This document shows, piece after piece, positions 12,594 to 25,079 of a stretch of DNA of 64,000 bases. The translations under genes were made by a program, and so were the position numbers. This DNA is from Eledone cirrhosa (lineage: Eukaryota): NCBI GenBank assembly GCA_964016885.1, contig OZ024740.1, forward strand, positions 251,038,001 to 251,102,000. The letters run 5' to 3'. The notes below the pieces were generated by a model. The model saw only the letters and a program-made list of their open reading frames with translations. It was not told where the DNA came from and searched no databases. Each line of letters opens with the position of its first letter. Position 1 is the first letter of the stretch.

Positions 12594-13365
12594 ATAAATT
12601 GCTCGCAATTCTTTCAGAAGAACATTACTGATGTTTTATATTTTCCCCTCCAAAAATTGTAATAGGGCTTATTTTCGGAGTTGGGCTTATATTTTTACGC
12701 AAAAAATAACAACACAAGAGTTTTGATAAAAAATATTATACTGATGGCAAATTATATTATAGTTAAAAACAATTTGGGTAATTTACTATTTTACGTTCGT
12801 AAACTAAACGATTCCCGAATGTCAATAAAAAAAAAAAAAAAAACTTTATTAAAATTAATACAATAAACTTTAAAATTTTATTTACAATTTTTACAAATGC
12901 TTAATATGTAAATAAATTTATAAAAAAGAATAAAACTCTATATTCAGACATGTATTGTACAAGGTACCGCATGATTATAAGTTCATTTGTTTAAAATTTA
13001 TATAGCCTTTTGAAATACAGGGTGTTCCCAAAAAATGTATACACACTTCAACAACATTCTAATAAATATTTTCAATTGTTATCAGTAATTTGTATTAATT
13101 TTAATAAAGTTTTTTTTTTTTTATTGACATTCGGGAATCGTTTAGCTTACGAACGTAAAATACCACAATTTGTTATATTAGTAATCAGCAAGACTCTGGA
13201 AATCTGCGTTTTATATTAATCTTTCTCGCAAAAATGCGCTAAAGCTTATTTTTGGACAGCAACATAAAACACATGCTAGGATTTTGGAATAGGTCTTAAA
13301 ATAGGGGAAACACCGTATACAGATTTCTTTCTTACCATTGTTACTTTCATTATATAGCAATCTGA

Positions 13366-13550
13366 GGGCGGTGGATTGGCAGTATCGGTAGAGGGTCGGA
13401 CGCCATCCTTTCCAGCATAGTTACGTCCCTTTACGATCTGAGTTCAAATCACGCCGAGGTGGACTTTGCCTTTCATCCTTACGGGGTCGATAAAATAAAG
13501 CACCAGTAATGCACTGGGTAATTGCTGGCCTTGTGCCTAAAGTAGAAACA
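13366..13550 (+). mobile_element. tRNA-derived SINE, full length
   Basis: Same family as 6229-6422. 17-bp TSD ATTATATAGCAATCTGA at 13349-13365 and 13551-13567. Confidence 0.9.
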
Positions 13551-13863
13551 ATTATATAGCAATCTGAAAGAGAAGTCATTGTAGGAGGTTGGTCATTTTA
13601 AATTTAATGGGAATTTTGTTAGTAAAAGTATTAGGGAACACTGCCATAAAGAAGAAAAGTTTAATGTTTCGGGTAGAAATATTTGCTAGGACTGAAGAAA
13701 TGATAAATGGTGTCAAAACTGGAATTAATAACAGGGAAACGATATAAATGAGTGAAAGAAAATAGCAACTGACCTGAAGCGTTAGATATTTCTTCTCCGT
13801 GTAATAAAATGAATACCATTGAATAATTAAATGTAACTTAACATTAACGAATTTTCAACTCAC

Positions 13864-14239
13864 CTGCTCCGAATTGCTGACTCCCGCGTTTTTTTTTTGT
13901 TTTTTTTTAGTCTGTTAAAATCGGAAATGTGTAAAGGAACGAACAGACATGACTTATGTTTTATATATTTCATCGGCTTCAAATGAAATGCAAAGAATAT
14001 CTATTTTTATTTTTAGTATCAATAAATTACTTGTTTTAGAAATGTTCTTATTGTGTTGAATTGTTTTCTAAAATATAATGGTTTTCTAAAAAATATATAT
14101 ATTTAAAAAAATACATTTTGTAGTTGATATCGTTTTTCGTTTTCACTAGCGTTTTCATTCAATTTCTTTACTTATCCACGCAACAACTTATAAGCTGTGA
14201 CGAAGTTGACTCGGACAACAAAATTTATTAAAACGGAAA
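13864..14239. promoter_or_regulatory. Probable bidirectional promoter and 5'-UTR region of LRRC42 and IFT25
   Basis: Minus-strand donor CAG|GTGAGT at 13863 (candidate first LRRC42 exon) lies ~375 bp from the plus-strand IFT25 ATG. The interval lacks recognisable transposons. Confidence 0.55.
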
Positions 14240-14331
14240 ATGATAGACCTAGTACTTTCGGAGAATGGCACTAAAATTGGTCTGGCCACTTCCAGTGACG
14301 AAGATAATCCACCAGAAAATATGATCGATGG
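14240..14331 (+). CDS. IFT25: Intraflagellar transport protein 25 (HSPB11), exon 1
   Basis: MIDLVLSENGTKIGLATSSDEDNPPENMIDG versus recalled human MRKIDLCLSSEGSEVILATSSDEKHPPENIIDG. Donor GG|GTAAGA, phase 2. Confidence 0.92.
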
Positions 14332-14759
14332 GTAAGACATTCTATTCACAAACATGTTTAACTTAAACACATCCTCACAGTTTTTGTTGATTCGTTACCA
14401 TGGCATCGTAAATACTATTTTTCTGTAATTTGATAAATTACGTTTTTTTTATGGAACGTTTTTAATATAACGATAATGTGGTGTGATAAATAAATATATA
14501 CGTATATTCCAGATCTGAACATAATGGAACCAAACTCTCAGTCTCCGTCTCTCCCTCTCCCTCACTATTGTGAGCAAATGGAGAAAGTTACTCGCTCAGC
14601 AATTTAACCACAAACCACACCCTGACATAAAAAAAAAATTGAAGAACATATTAGGAATATCTTTAGTTATAGATTTGTTCTATCAAAGTTGATCTAGGTC
14701 TGAAATAAAAACAAAAAAAAAACATGTACCAACGGTTCTCAAAGTGACATTAGGAGATT

Positions 14760-15211
14760 AGTATCGGTGTACATATAAAATTATTACAAAAGACAGTAAA
14801 TGCCGGTGTGCGTTGTTGTGATAATGTTTTTACTTCATAGAAGTCAAAGGTATTAATATAAATGAATCGTTACCCGTGGATCACAACTCCAGGCTGAAGT
14901 GTGTAGAGAGAAGGAGAGATCTTTTCTAGCTGGTGTTAACATCTTCTTAGGCTCTTAGGTTGCCGGTTGCATTCTTCTTGGTGGCAAAGGATTATGAGAA
15001 AGGAATCATCTCATGCTAAGGTCGCAGGTGTTACCACTTTGGATTTCAGGAGGCGAGAGAGGAAGATTGTCCTGACTTCTTCCTTTTATAGGGTCTGACC
15101 GGAAGTGACCAACGGGGAGTCTGTCACTTCCAAAGGAAAGCAACTCCAGCTACTTCCTGTCTAGAGAGCGATGATGAGATTGTCATGACAAGGGAGGCAA
15201 CTCTTGCTACA
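14760..15211 (-). repeat. 3' LTR (452 bp)
   Basis: Direct repeat of 20141-20503. Starts TGTAGC on the minus strand, right after the purine-rich tract GGCGGGGGTTAA (15212-15223). Confidence 0.93.
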
Positions 15212-18200
15212 TTAACCCCCGCCAGATTTTTAAAACATAAAAATCGAATGAAGCATGCATGGAGTAAGAGGGCGAGCATGTAAGAGGCATAAAAATTATG
15301 ATACAATGTAATCAAAGGAAGAGAAGAGGTCAAAGTTCAAAATACAGTTCACATGTGTGCAATCACATGACAGCAGGAAAGAATGTGTTCCAGAGAATGA
15401 ATGCAGGTGGTTTCTGGTCTGGTATAACGTGAAGTTTCCAACTTCTGAAGGGAATTTCTCACAGGCAGAGTGCTGCAGAAATAAATTCTCTGGCTTGTTC
15501 TGCTGGTTTTGGTTGTTGATGTTGTGAATGCGTTGACCGGAAGGGTCAAGAGGCCAGCGACCAGAGAAATAAGCATTCTGAATAAATGCGCAGTTTTCAA
15601 CGGCAAATTTACGTGATAAATTTATAAACCGGCAAATAGAAGAATATAGCTTAAAATGTTCGTTGTACAAGGAAACAAAAAACATATATATACATCCAGT
15701 GAAATGGTAATGAGAGGTACATTGTAATACAATAAATCAATAAATAACAAGAACGGCAAAAAAAAAAAAGGCTCCAGTGGCCAGTTCACATAAAAATAGT
15801 TTGGCAGAACTTTTGGGGCCAGTGGACTCTCCGACCGGAACGGGTCGTAGTCTTGTATGTAGGTGAAGGTGGAGCAGAAGGAGCAGGTGTATGCACAAGA
15901 GAGAAAGATTGGGGTATTTGTGGCTCGGGTGTATGAGCGTCATTGTGTGCCCTTTTCAGTCTATCCACCGAAATTGTCTCTCTGGACCCCTTAACGTCTA
16001 CAGTGAAATGTTTGTCAGTACGTGCTAACACACGGTTGTGTGAGGGGTGGTCTCACAGCATTGTTCCTTACGAACACATGGGTCCACGAGGCAATATCCC
16101 TCGGGACCGCAGGTTTTACAGTTTGTTTCCTCGTATCCATCGGCGGCAGGTCCTGAAAATAAGAACGCAGACGGGATACGTGTGAAAGTGGATCTTGGAA
16201 AGCAAGATCAACAGGGGCAAGCATTTGCCCAGGCAACGCTAGAGGAGCACCGTAAAGTAATTCAGCCGGGGAGAACCCAAGGTCCTCCTTTATTGATGAC
16301 CGAATTCCTAACAACACAATAGGAAGGTACTCGCTCCAACGTTGAGAGTCTGGATAGGCGCGAAGAGCGGCCTTTAATTGGCGGTGGAATCGTTCCACCA
16401 TTCCATTTGAAGCAGGATGATAAGCTGTGGTCCGAATCCGTTGAGCTCCAATTATTTTTGTGAGCTCAGAGAAGAGATGGGACTCGAATTGTCTACCACG
16501 GTCTGTGGTGAGTGTAGTTGGAAGCCCAAAGCGGGTAATCCACCCTGATACCAGGGCACGTGCTACAGTCTCAGCAGTCATGTCTTGTAAAGGGATGGCT
16601 TCAGGCCATCGCGAAAAACAATCGACACAGGTCAATATGTATGAATATCCACTGCTGAATGGCCAAGGTCCAACGATGTCAATGTGGATGTGTTGAAACC
16701 GAGCATCTGGAGTACTGAAAGTACCAAGTGGAGTCCGGATGTGTCTATGTATCTTCGATTTCTGGCAAGCGATGCAGGAACGGCACCAAGCAGCAATGTC
16801 GTGCTTCATATTTGGCCAGAAGAATCTGGCTGTTATGAGCTTTACTGTGGCAGCAGATCCTGGGTGAGAAATGTTGTGTAAAGCCAGGAACAAGTGGTCG
16901 TGGTGCATCAGTAGATACATCACATAGAATCTGCCTGTTGGTGGTGGACAAGGGCAGATATTTGAAAATGCAAGTCGCAAATTCAGTAGAAAGAGTGTCC
17001 AACGATTGGAGTGCAGGTTGGTCTGCAGCTAAACGACCTAAGTCGATCTCCTTGGATGACGAGATGGAGCTAATTGGCAAACGTGACAATGCGTCTGCAG
17101 CTATGTTGTGCGAACCGGCAATGTGCTGGATATCGTTTGTAAATTGTGGAACGTAGTCCAGGTGCCTTGTCTCTCTGGGCGAATATCTGTCGGCTTTGGC
17201 CCTCAAAGCAAAGGTCAACGGTTTGTGGTCGGTAAAAACCGTAAAATTTCTCCCCTCAAGAATATGAGACAAATGTTTCACCGATAGATATATGGCTAAT
17301 AATTCCCGCCCAAAAGTGCTATAACGCGTTTCTGCTGGTTTCAACTTCCTCGAGAAAAATGCCAAAGGTTGTTGGTTTTCAGCGTAGGACTGCTGTAAAA
17401 CTGCTCCCACAGCGGTATCAGATGCATCAACACAAAGCGAAAGCTTGGCCTCTGGTACCGGGTGGGCAAGCAAAGAAGAACTAGCGAGTGCTGTCTTGGA
17501 AGTCTTGAAGCTGTCCTTGTGTCAAGCAAATGTCTTCATTCTTCTTACAACGATTTTTTAAAATGTCAGTAATGGAAGATAGCAAATTAGCACAATGAGG
17601 AACGAAACGCCTATAGAAATTGATTAGGCCTAAGAAGTGACGCAACTGGTGAAGTGTAGTAGGCGGAGGTAACTCCTGTATGGCTTGAACTCGCTGAGGG
17701 AGCGGCCTAATACCTTCGGCGTCAATGAGGTGGCCTAAAAAATTTAGGGAAGTGGAATCGAAAACACACTTTGCTGGATTCACGCGAACGCGGTAATCCT
17801 GAAGTCGCCGAAATAAGAGAAGCATGTGGCGCATATGCTCTTCCGGAGAGGAACTAGCGACGAGAATATCGTCTATGTAAGCATAAACGAAGTCCAGACC
17901 ACGCGAGACCTCGTCTATGAACCGCTGAAAAGTGCTAGCGGCGTTCCTGAGTCCGAAAGGCATGGTAAAAAATTCGAAGGATCCGAAAGGGGTTGTAATC
18001 GCCGTTTTCGGAATATCCTCCTTCCTGACCGGAATTTGGTGGTAGGCTCGCACTAAATCTAGTTTTGAGAAAATCTTACACCCCTGCAGTGAAGATGCAA
18101 AATCATGGAGATGGAGAATGGGATACCTATCCGGGACGGTCATATCATTTAACCTCCTATAATCCCCAGTGGGTCTCCAGTCACCGGAAGTCTTGGGCAC

Positions 18201-20101
18201 CATGTGTAACGGTGAAGCCCAAGGACTCGTAGATGGGCGAATAATGCCCAGCTGCAGCATATGGTCGAACTCGGACCGTGCTGCCTTTAATTTTTCCGTC
18301 GGACACGAAATTTTTCGTGGACACGAAAACACTGGAGCACCGGTGGTGGAAACGAAATGTTGGGTCAGTGACTCGAAAATTTCCATCCGTGAGCTCCGGG
18401 AAAGAACCCAGCAACGCATGGTAGGCGTCTCCAGCGGCAGCGACGAAGAACATGGGGCTGACTATTGGGGCATTGGCTTCCTGGCCATGAATTGAAAAGC
18501 CGGTGATGTTATCCACCAGGCGTTGGCCACGGACATCCACAGTTAAAGAGAAGTTGTGGAGGAAATCCGCTCCTAAGATGGGATATGGCAAATCGGCAAC
18601 CGTAAAAATCCACTTAAAATCCCTTCGAAGACTTAGGAATTTAAGAGGAAGCGAGATTTGCCCGTACGACTTTATAGACGAGTGGTTAACTGCCTGCAGC
18701 GTAACAGATGACTCTATGGGGGTATCTTTCAGGCAATGGACCGGCCAAATACTACAGGAGGCTCCTGTATCCATAAGGAAACTTCTTCCAGACATTAGGT
18801 CCTTAATGAAGAAATGGCGGTTTGGTGGCTTTATGTTGAGGTCAACTGTCCCCATCAGCGGACCTCTTAGGCGTTTCCCGCCTTATGAAAGGAGCAAGGT
18901 TGCACGCAGTGATTCGCGTTCTCAGCAAATCGCTCGTGGTACCAGCATAAAGATGAAGCTGGTGATTTAGAACGCCGTCTAAAAATTTGCGATCTCCCGC
19001 GACTGCGGGGGCGCGAACGGGCACCACACAAGGCCTTCATCTTGTGAAGCTCTATGGTGAGTTCCTGAATGGACCTTTGCATCGCTATAATGGTCGAGCT
19101 GTCTATTGGCGCTGCCGTGTAGATCGCATGGCTGGGTGGTGAACAGCAGCAAGGGGCTCGCGCCTCCGGCATTTGTCACTTCGAAAACTTTGTCCGCAGA
19201 TGTGGCAAGCTGATCCACCGTGCTTGTATCCCTCATGGGGGCCAAAATTGCCTGTACATTGGTCGGCAGGCGCGAGAAGAACAACTGCTTCAGCAGGGCA
19301 GTTTCCGCTACCGACCCCTCTGTTAGGTCCTTCATTTGCCTTAGGAGGTTCGATGGGGTGCCATCCCCTATATGCTCCAGATGGACCAAAGCCCTAAATC
19401 TTTTTTCTGAAGACTGTTCTGTCCGGCTGAGTATTTCAGCCTTCAGAGACGTGTACGACGAGTCTGTGGGTGTCTCTAACACCAGGTCCTTAATCGCTGG
19501 GAGAATTGCCGGCGGAATTGCGCTAAGGACCACAGAACGTTGTAGTTCCTCGTCAACTCTGTTCGCCTTGAAGAATGCTTCTAGCTGGGCGAACCATAGC
19601 CTTACGTCGCCCATGTACGTTGGCAGAACAGAGTGAGAAGCCATTGGTATACTGTAGGCAATTTAACGTTTGGAAAAATGTCTCTAACGCAACAGAAAAG
19701 GAAAGCAAAATCGCTATTTTTCCCTGTCAAACCACTGGACCGGAAAAATACTGCATCCGGGGCAAAGAAGCGATTAAGTGAATGCTGTTATTACTAAGGT
19801 AAGGGCAAGGAACTTAAAAAAAAATCCAACATGGCGGACTATTTCGCACCAAAAACACTATTGATGGAGAAGAGAGACTCCATCTTGTCATCCTCAAAAA
19901 TTTTTAGCCAGAGAAGAGAAGGGCAGAAAAGGAGAGAAAAAAAAAAAGCAAAAGCATTCATACAATTGCTGTTTGTCTGTATGTCAATAATTGTAGGTGT
20001 TCGTTTTGTATTAAATTGTTATTTTTTTTTATTTTTCTTCTGTTTTTTTTTTATATATATACACCGTATACCATTTCCCATTTTTTTTTTTTTTTTTTTT
20101 T

Positions 20102-20122
20102 AAATCACGTCGAGTGTCACCA
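20102..20122 (-). other. Primer-binding site complementary to the tRNA-Trp 3' end
   Basis: Plus strand AAATCACGTCGAGTGTCACCA versus recalled eukaryotic tRNA-Trp 3' end AAATCACGTCGGGGTCACCA. Confidence 0.85.
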
Positions 20123-20140
20123 CTTTCGTGTACACTTTCA

Positions 20141-20503
20141 TGTATCGGTGTACATATAAAATTATTACAAAAGACAGTAAATGCTGGTGTGCGTTGTGAT
20201 AATGTTTTTACTTCATAGAAGTCAAAGGTATTAATATAAATGAATCGTTACCCGTGGATCACAACTCCAGGCTGAAGTGTGTAGAGAGAAGGAGAGATCA
20301 TCTCATGCTAAGGTCACAGGTGTTACCACTTTGGATTTCAGGGAGCGAGAGAGGAAGATTGTCCTGACTTGTTTCTTTTATAGGGTCTGACCGGAAGTGA
20401 CCAACAGGGAGTCTGTCACTCCCAAAGGGAAGCAACTCCAGCTACTTCCTGTCCAGAGAGCGGTGATGAGATTGTCATGACAAGGGAGGCAACTCTTGCT
20501 ACA
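20141..20503 (-). repeat. 5' LTR (363 bp)
   Basis: TG...CA ends. Matches 14760-15211 apart from 86-bp and 3-bp deletions and about a dozen substitutions. Confidence 0.93.
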
Positions 20504-22579
20504 TGACAAATGTTAGTAAAATATTTTACCCTCTCCCCTCTTTATTAATAAAAAAAACCCACAAATAATGGTAAATGTTTACAATTACTCTTTGGTTCTG
20601 TGCTGGATGTTCGTGTTAAGAGAGGGGCTGAACTGTCAACTGATCACCATCTAGTTATCAAGACTATTCCATCCAAATTCAGAGAACTTCATGAGCAAAC
20701 TGAGGGCATTAAGACTGGAGATTGTTCAGCGCAGTAATTTCTGCTTCTGCTGTTAAAGGCTGCGGGCAAAAGAGACGCAGAGAGAGTGGAAAGTGGTAGA
20801 CATAAATAAAGAATTGATGAGGATGATAGTGGTGGTGGTGATGATGTTGATAACACATAACGGTGGCGAAGATTCGAAACCGAATCTGAGCTTTCCCGCC
20901 TCTGGGACAAGCCATGGTAACTTGTTTACGCTCCTTGGTGTTTACGCCTGACAGAAAATAGGTCAGAGGATATAGCCATCTTTCTGACTTGTTTACGCTT
21001 GGCAAACTAATCCCTTGGGAGACTAACCAAAGTTCAGAGGATATATCTATCCTTCTAACTTCAACTCTTATAAATACAGGGATTGTTTACGCCTCGAATA
21101 GAAAAGAAGTGATATACAGACAAGACAAGTCGCATTTACAAGCCCTCGTCACGAAAAACCAGTCTGCCACTTATTCTCACCTTCCTGGCTGATCGTTGAC
21201 TCCTGCAATACAAATAAGTAAATATACTGATACGCCACACACACGCATTCATAGTGAGTCCAGCATTTGTACACGCACCATTCATTTCTGTTTACACATA
21301 TTATAATCGTATTCTGTGATACTTGAATTTACGTGGCTCGAAGAGCCACCAAGTTATTGTATGAATATTTTGTGTCATTGATTTTATCATTCAATATTCA
21401 AATTGAATATTGTTATAATAAAATAAACTTTGTAACACCACAATCCTGGTATTTTTCTTTACATCGAAACCACCATACCAACAGTTACATCCATCCATCC
21501 ACTTATCGTTACAACCACACATAATATTCCGTTACACACTCATGATGGTCGTGAGGATGATGAGGAGGACTAATATACTTCTAGAAGTATAGTATTCAAT
21601 CCTTCCACCCCACTAATATAGAAGGTGCTGAAAAAGTTCCTGGCCATGGCCCTTCCCTCTTTTACAGGGGGATTTGAGAAAATAAATACTAGTTGATTTG
21701 ATTGACTTTGATTATACAAGTTTTCCTTGAATTTATCAGCTTGCATCAAATTCATGACCTTGTGTCAAATATGTAACCTTGTCTCACATCTGTGACATTG
21801 TGTTAAATTTGACACTCTGTGACAAAATCTTAAAAAATTTATTTCTGCTGCAATGGTGTGGAAAATATGGTAGAGTAACTTACTCAATGCTTTACAGTAT
21901 TTTTCACCCCACCGTTGTCTATGTTCTGAATTTATATCTTGCTGAGGTCAATTGTACCTTTTCATCCCTCCAGCATCAGTAAAATAAATTCTAGTATTAA
22001 CATTATTTATTAAAATGTTTGCAGAAATTCTTTGTGTTCAGGCCATATGGATTTGTGTGGTCCCCAGCTATAATTCTTTGCATATATATTTTCTAGGGCA
22101 AACAAAGACATTCGTGTGGTTTCTGTATGCCAATTTTTAACATCTACTATTGTCCTGTTTTAACTGAATTCTGGTAGATTGGGAGATCTCTGGTCTGCTT
22201 GGTTCTGTATTGATGAAATCCAAAGAGAGAAATAACAATACCTACAGATACAATAAATGTTTTAAGGTCATTTTGTTATCTTTGTTGGCTCCATCTTAGG
22301 TCCTTTTTGAGACAGGGATTTATAGCTGGATGCACCAACCTTTTTAGCCACCTTTTATGACACAGGGAGCTTATTCTAAACTGGATATATACAGTTCAAC
22401 ATTATCTACAGAGGATCAGATTAAATTTTATAGATTTTTTCAAATTTATTTTTTATTAAACATCTAAAAGACATTGTGGCTTTGTTACTTTTGTTCCATC
22501 ATGATGACTACTATAACAAGTATCTTTTGCCCTTCTCCAAATTAATATTAACAAATCAACATTATTTATTGTTTTCCAG

Positions 22580-22686
22580 AAAGACTGAAACATTCTGGAC
22601 TATGACAGGTCTTTTCCCTCAAGAATTTGTACTCAGTTTCCCATCACTGATGGAGGTCAATGAAATTGTTATATTCTGTTGTAATG
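22580..22686 (+). CDS. IFT25: IFT25 exon 2
   Basis: Acceptor TTTTCCAG| and donor G|GTAAGT. KTETFWTMTGLFPQEFVLSF matches recalled NPETFWTTTGMFPQEFIICF. Confidence 0.93.
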
Positions 22687-23019
22687 GTAAGTTCGGTTAA
22701 TACTAGGTATTTGTTGATCAGAACTGGCCCTGTAATGGGGTCAGAAACACTGCATATGTGTGTCTTAATTAAGGGATACAGAAAATAATGAAAAACAATG
22801 AAAGTTGTTAGTGGGGTAAGATTATTATTTTCTGAATTATTAACCTCATCTTACAAGTCACCTATGGTAAACTAGCATTCTATACAGGTTAAGATTTGTC
22901 TCTCCCTCAACAACCACTAACATACAACTAAGGTGCTAGTGAGATGGACTACTATTAGATATATGGTCAAGAATCTGCATTTAAAAAAACAACTTTTTAG
23001 TGATAAAGTCATAAATTTG

Positions 23020-23200
23020 ATCTCGGACAGGGCATCACATAGTGTCCTTGAGCAAGGCACTTAATCTCATGTTGTTGTAGTCTGCTTAATTGTAAATGAG
23101 TACCTGCAGCATCTTGTCTTGCACTCGCAGTTGCTTGACGCCACATGAAATAGGGTTATGCTTTTGGCCTTATGAGCCTCTAGGCTGAAGATTGACTTTT
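23020..23200 (+). mobile_element. Decayed SINE of a second family
   Basis: GTGTCCTTGAGCAAGGCACTT...GTAAATGAGTACC central-domain-like motif typical of invertebrate SINEs. Confidence 0.45.
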
Positions 23201-24960
23201 AAAAAGGTATCTGGTCTGAATGTTTGCAACAGAGAGGACTCCACTAAAAGCAACTAAGGTCCAGGTGGTGGTGTTAAACTGGGCAATAAATTAAGTCAAC
23301 CTCAAAATTAGTCTGCAGTGGGATTTACATGAAGAACTGGAACAAATACCACTAGATATCTCATCCGATGTTCTAAGAATTCTGCTAATCTACTATCTTG
23401 GACTGGTATTATATCTTATCAACTGAAAAGATGAAAAGTTAGGTTGGTCATGAAGTGATCAATTTAATTGATTTTATCTATTATTTGAGTATATCAATCT
23501 TATCACTCATCTCATCTGCCCCATAGTCTGGTGGACCGTTGGGGCACAACAGATGACCTGGTGACCAGCTCATTCCATTCCTTTCGCCTCTCCGCCCTTC
23601 TCATGGTTGCACCCAGCTTCATGTCTGTCCATTCTAGCATCTTGTCCTCCCATCTCTTTCTGTCTGCCCCTCTTCCTCCCACCTTGTATTAAAATGCAAA
23701 TTGAGATGGTACAAGCATGTGACAAGATCAGTCTTATACAACATGAAAAAGGTTCGTTTTGACTTGTTTCATCTGACTATAAAGCTGGAGTCTAAAGGCC
23801 ACATTTCCTGCCACAAAGTCAGTAATAGGAAATAGGATTTAAACTTGGAATACAATGAACCAGAACAGATACGGCAAGATGTCCCATTAGATGCTGTAAC
23901 AATTCTGCTAATCTATTATGCTGAACTGGTACTTCATTTTATTGACTCTGAAAGGATGAAAGGTAAAGCTCACTTTAGTGGGATTTGAACTTAGAGTTTT
24001 GAGAGCCAGAGCAAACACTACAAACCATCTATTTCTTGCTCTAACAAATCTACCAAATTACTACCTTATCCTCTTCCTTCATCATATCACCATCATCGTT
24101 TTTATGTCTGCTTCTTCATGCTGGTATGTGTTGCGTGGTTCATTTTGAGGCAGTGTTTACAGCTGGATTCACCTGGGTCTAACTTTTTTAGTTGCCTTTT
24201 ACAAAATGCATGGATAAACTTAAATTAAATAATAAATGCCCAGCTACTTTCTTTTTTTAATCTTAAAGTTGTCTCCCTGGTATTCAATATAATTTATCAC
24301 TCAATAACCACTTTAAAATATAGAAAACAGTTTATAGTCTGCAGCTCAGATATTGAAATGTTTCCTTAAAAATATTTCTGGTAAAATAACCCTTTTCAAC
24401 AGTGTTAAGAAAAAGGCTATTTTACCTGAAAGGACCTGCTAGAAGGAGTGTTTAAGGTCTCTGTCCCCACGACCCTCTTGGGAGTAAGTGGGCATAGAAG
24501 AACAGTGTTAAGAGAACACAAAAGAGATAATTATTGTATATCCATTAAAGTGGTGTACCAAATTTATTAATGAATAAACAATATTTCTCTCTCTCAGGTA
24601 CTCTTAACATCTTTGAAAAGGGATATTTTATTCAAAATATAAGGAACAGTTGAACAGTTCCTTTTCAATATCTTTATTATTATTTCTGCATTGCTTCAGC
24701 CTTTGATACCATCATCATCATTTTATGTCTGTTTTCCATGCTGGCATGGGTTGGATGGGCTCCCATAGTCCAAAACAAGGCAAAGTAAGAAGGACCACAT
24801 ATTGATCATCCATTCAAAACATAGCCCTCCCACCTCTCTCAAAATGTGTGTTGACAACAAACTATATTCGAGTTATTTTGCAATGTTTCAAGCAAACTAT
24901 AACAGTCTTCTATTTTGAAATATGCAATCTCATTATAACATTCTTCTCAAATTTATTCAG

Positions 24961-25035
24961 TGGCAAAGTTGAGAATTGAATCAAGTATGAAAAGTAATCT
25001 AAACTACAATGACTGGAAGTTCTTAGCAGAAGGCA
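24961..25035 (+). CDS. IFT25: IFT25 exon 3 (3' end at 25032 or 25035)
   Basis: Acceptor TTATTCAG|. (V)AKLRIESSMKSNLNYNDWKFLAE corresponds to recalled VQTLKIEKSTSKEPVDFEQWIEK. Phase 1 at both ends fits exons 2 and 4. The donor is weak. Confidence 0.8.
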
Positions 25036-25079
25036 GTTAAGTGATGTTTTTGCTATGTGCATTTTTTTTTTGTTTTTGT

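Larger units (their letters stand above)
9800..13318. mobile_element. Rearranged non-autonomous Tc1/mariner/pogo-type element hosting a SINE and a CRE insertion
   Basis: TAAGACAGGTCTTATATT near 9811 and GTCTTAAAATAGGGGAAACACCGTA near 13293-13317 resemble pogo-type TIRs. Internal direct repeat 9873-9933 / 12685-12751 and inverted repeats. Confidence 0.45.
14760..20503 (-). mobile_element. Full-length but frameshifted Ty3/Gypsy provirus, CsRn1/Kabuki-type, in IFT25 intron 1
   Basis: Paired LTRs; gag 18867-19644 with CHCC knuckle CWYH..C..PC; protease MDTGAS; RT YIDD (17481-18419); RNase H; integrase with HHCC and DDE (16015-16980); tRNA-Trp-like PBS; PPT next to the 3' LTR. Confidence 0.95.

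Noticed and set aside
8845-19636. Long antisense or alternative-frame ORFs over the CRE and Gypsy elements (e.g. 11643-12398, 18503-18970)
   Set aside because: Shadow frames of GC-rich retroelement coding sequence with no independent motifs.
22476-22700. Stand-alone small ORFs 22476-22700, 57560-57766 and 1530-1964
   Set aside because: Only their splice-site-bounded parts are coding (IFT25 and LRRC42 exons); the rest is intron read-through.
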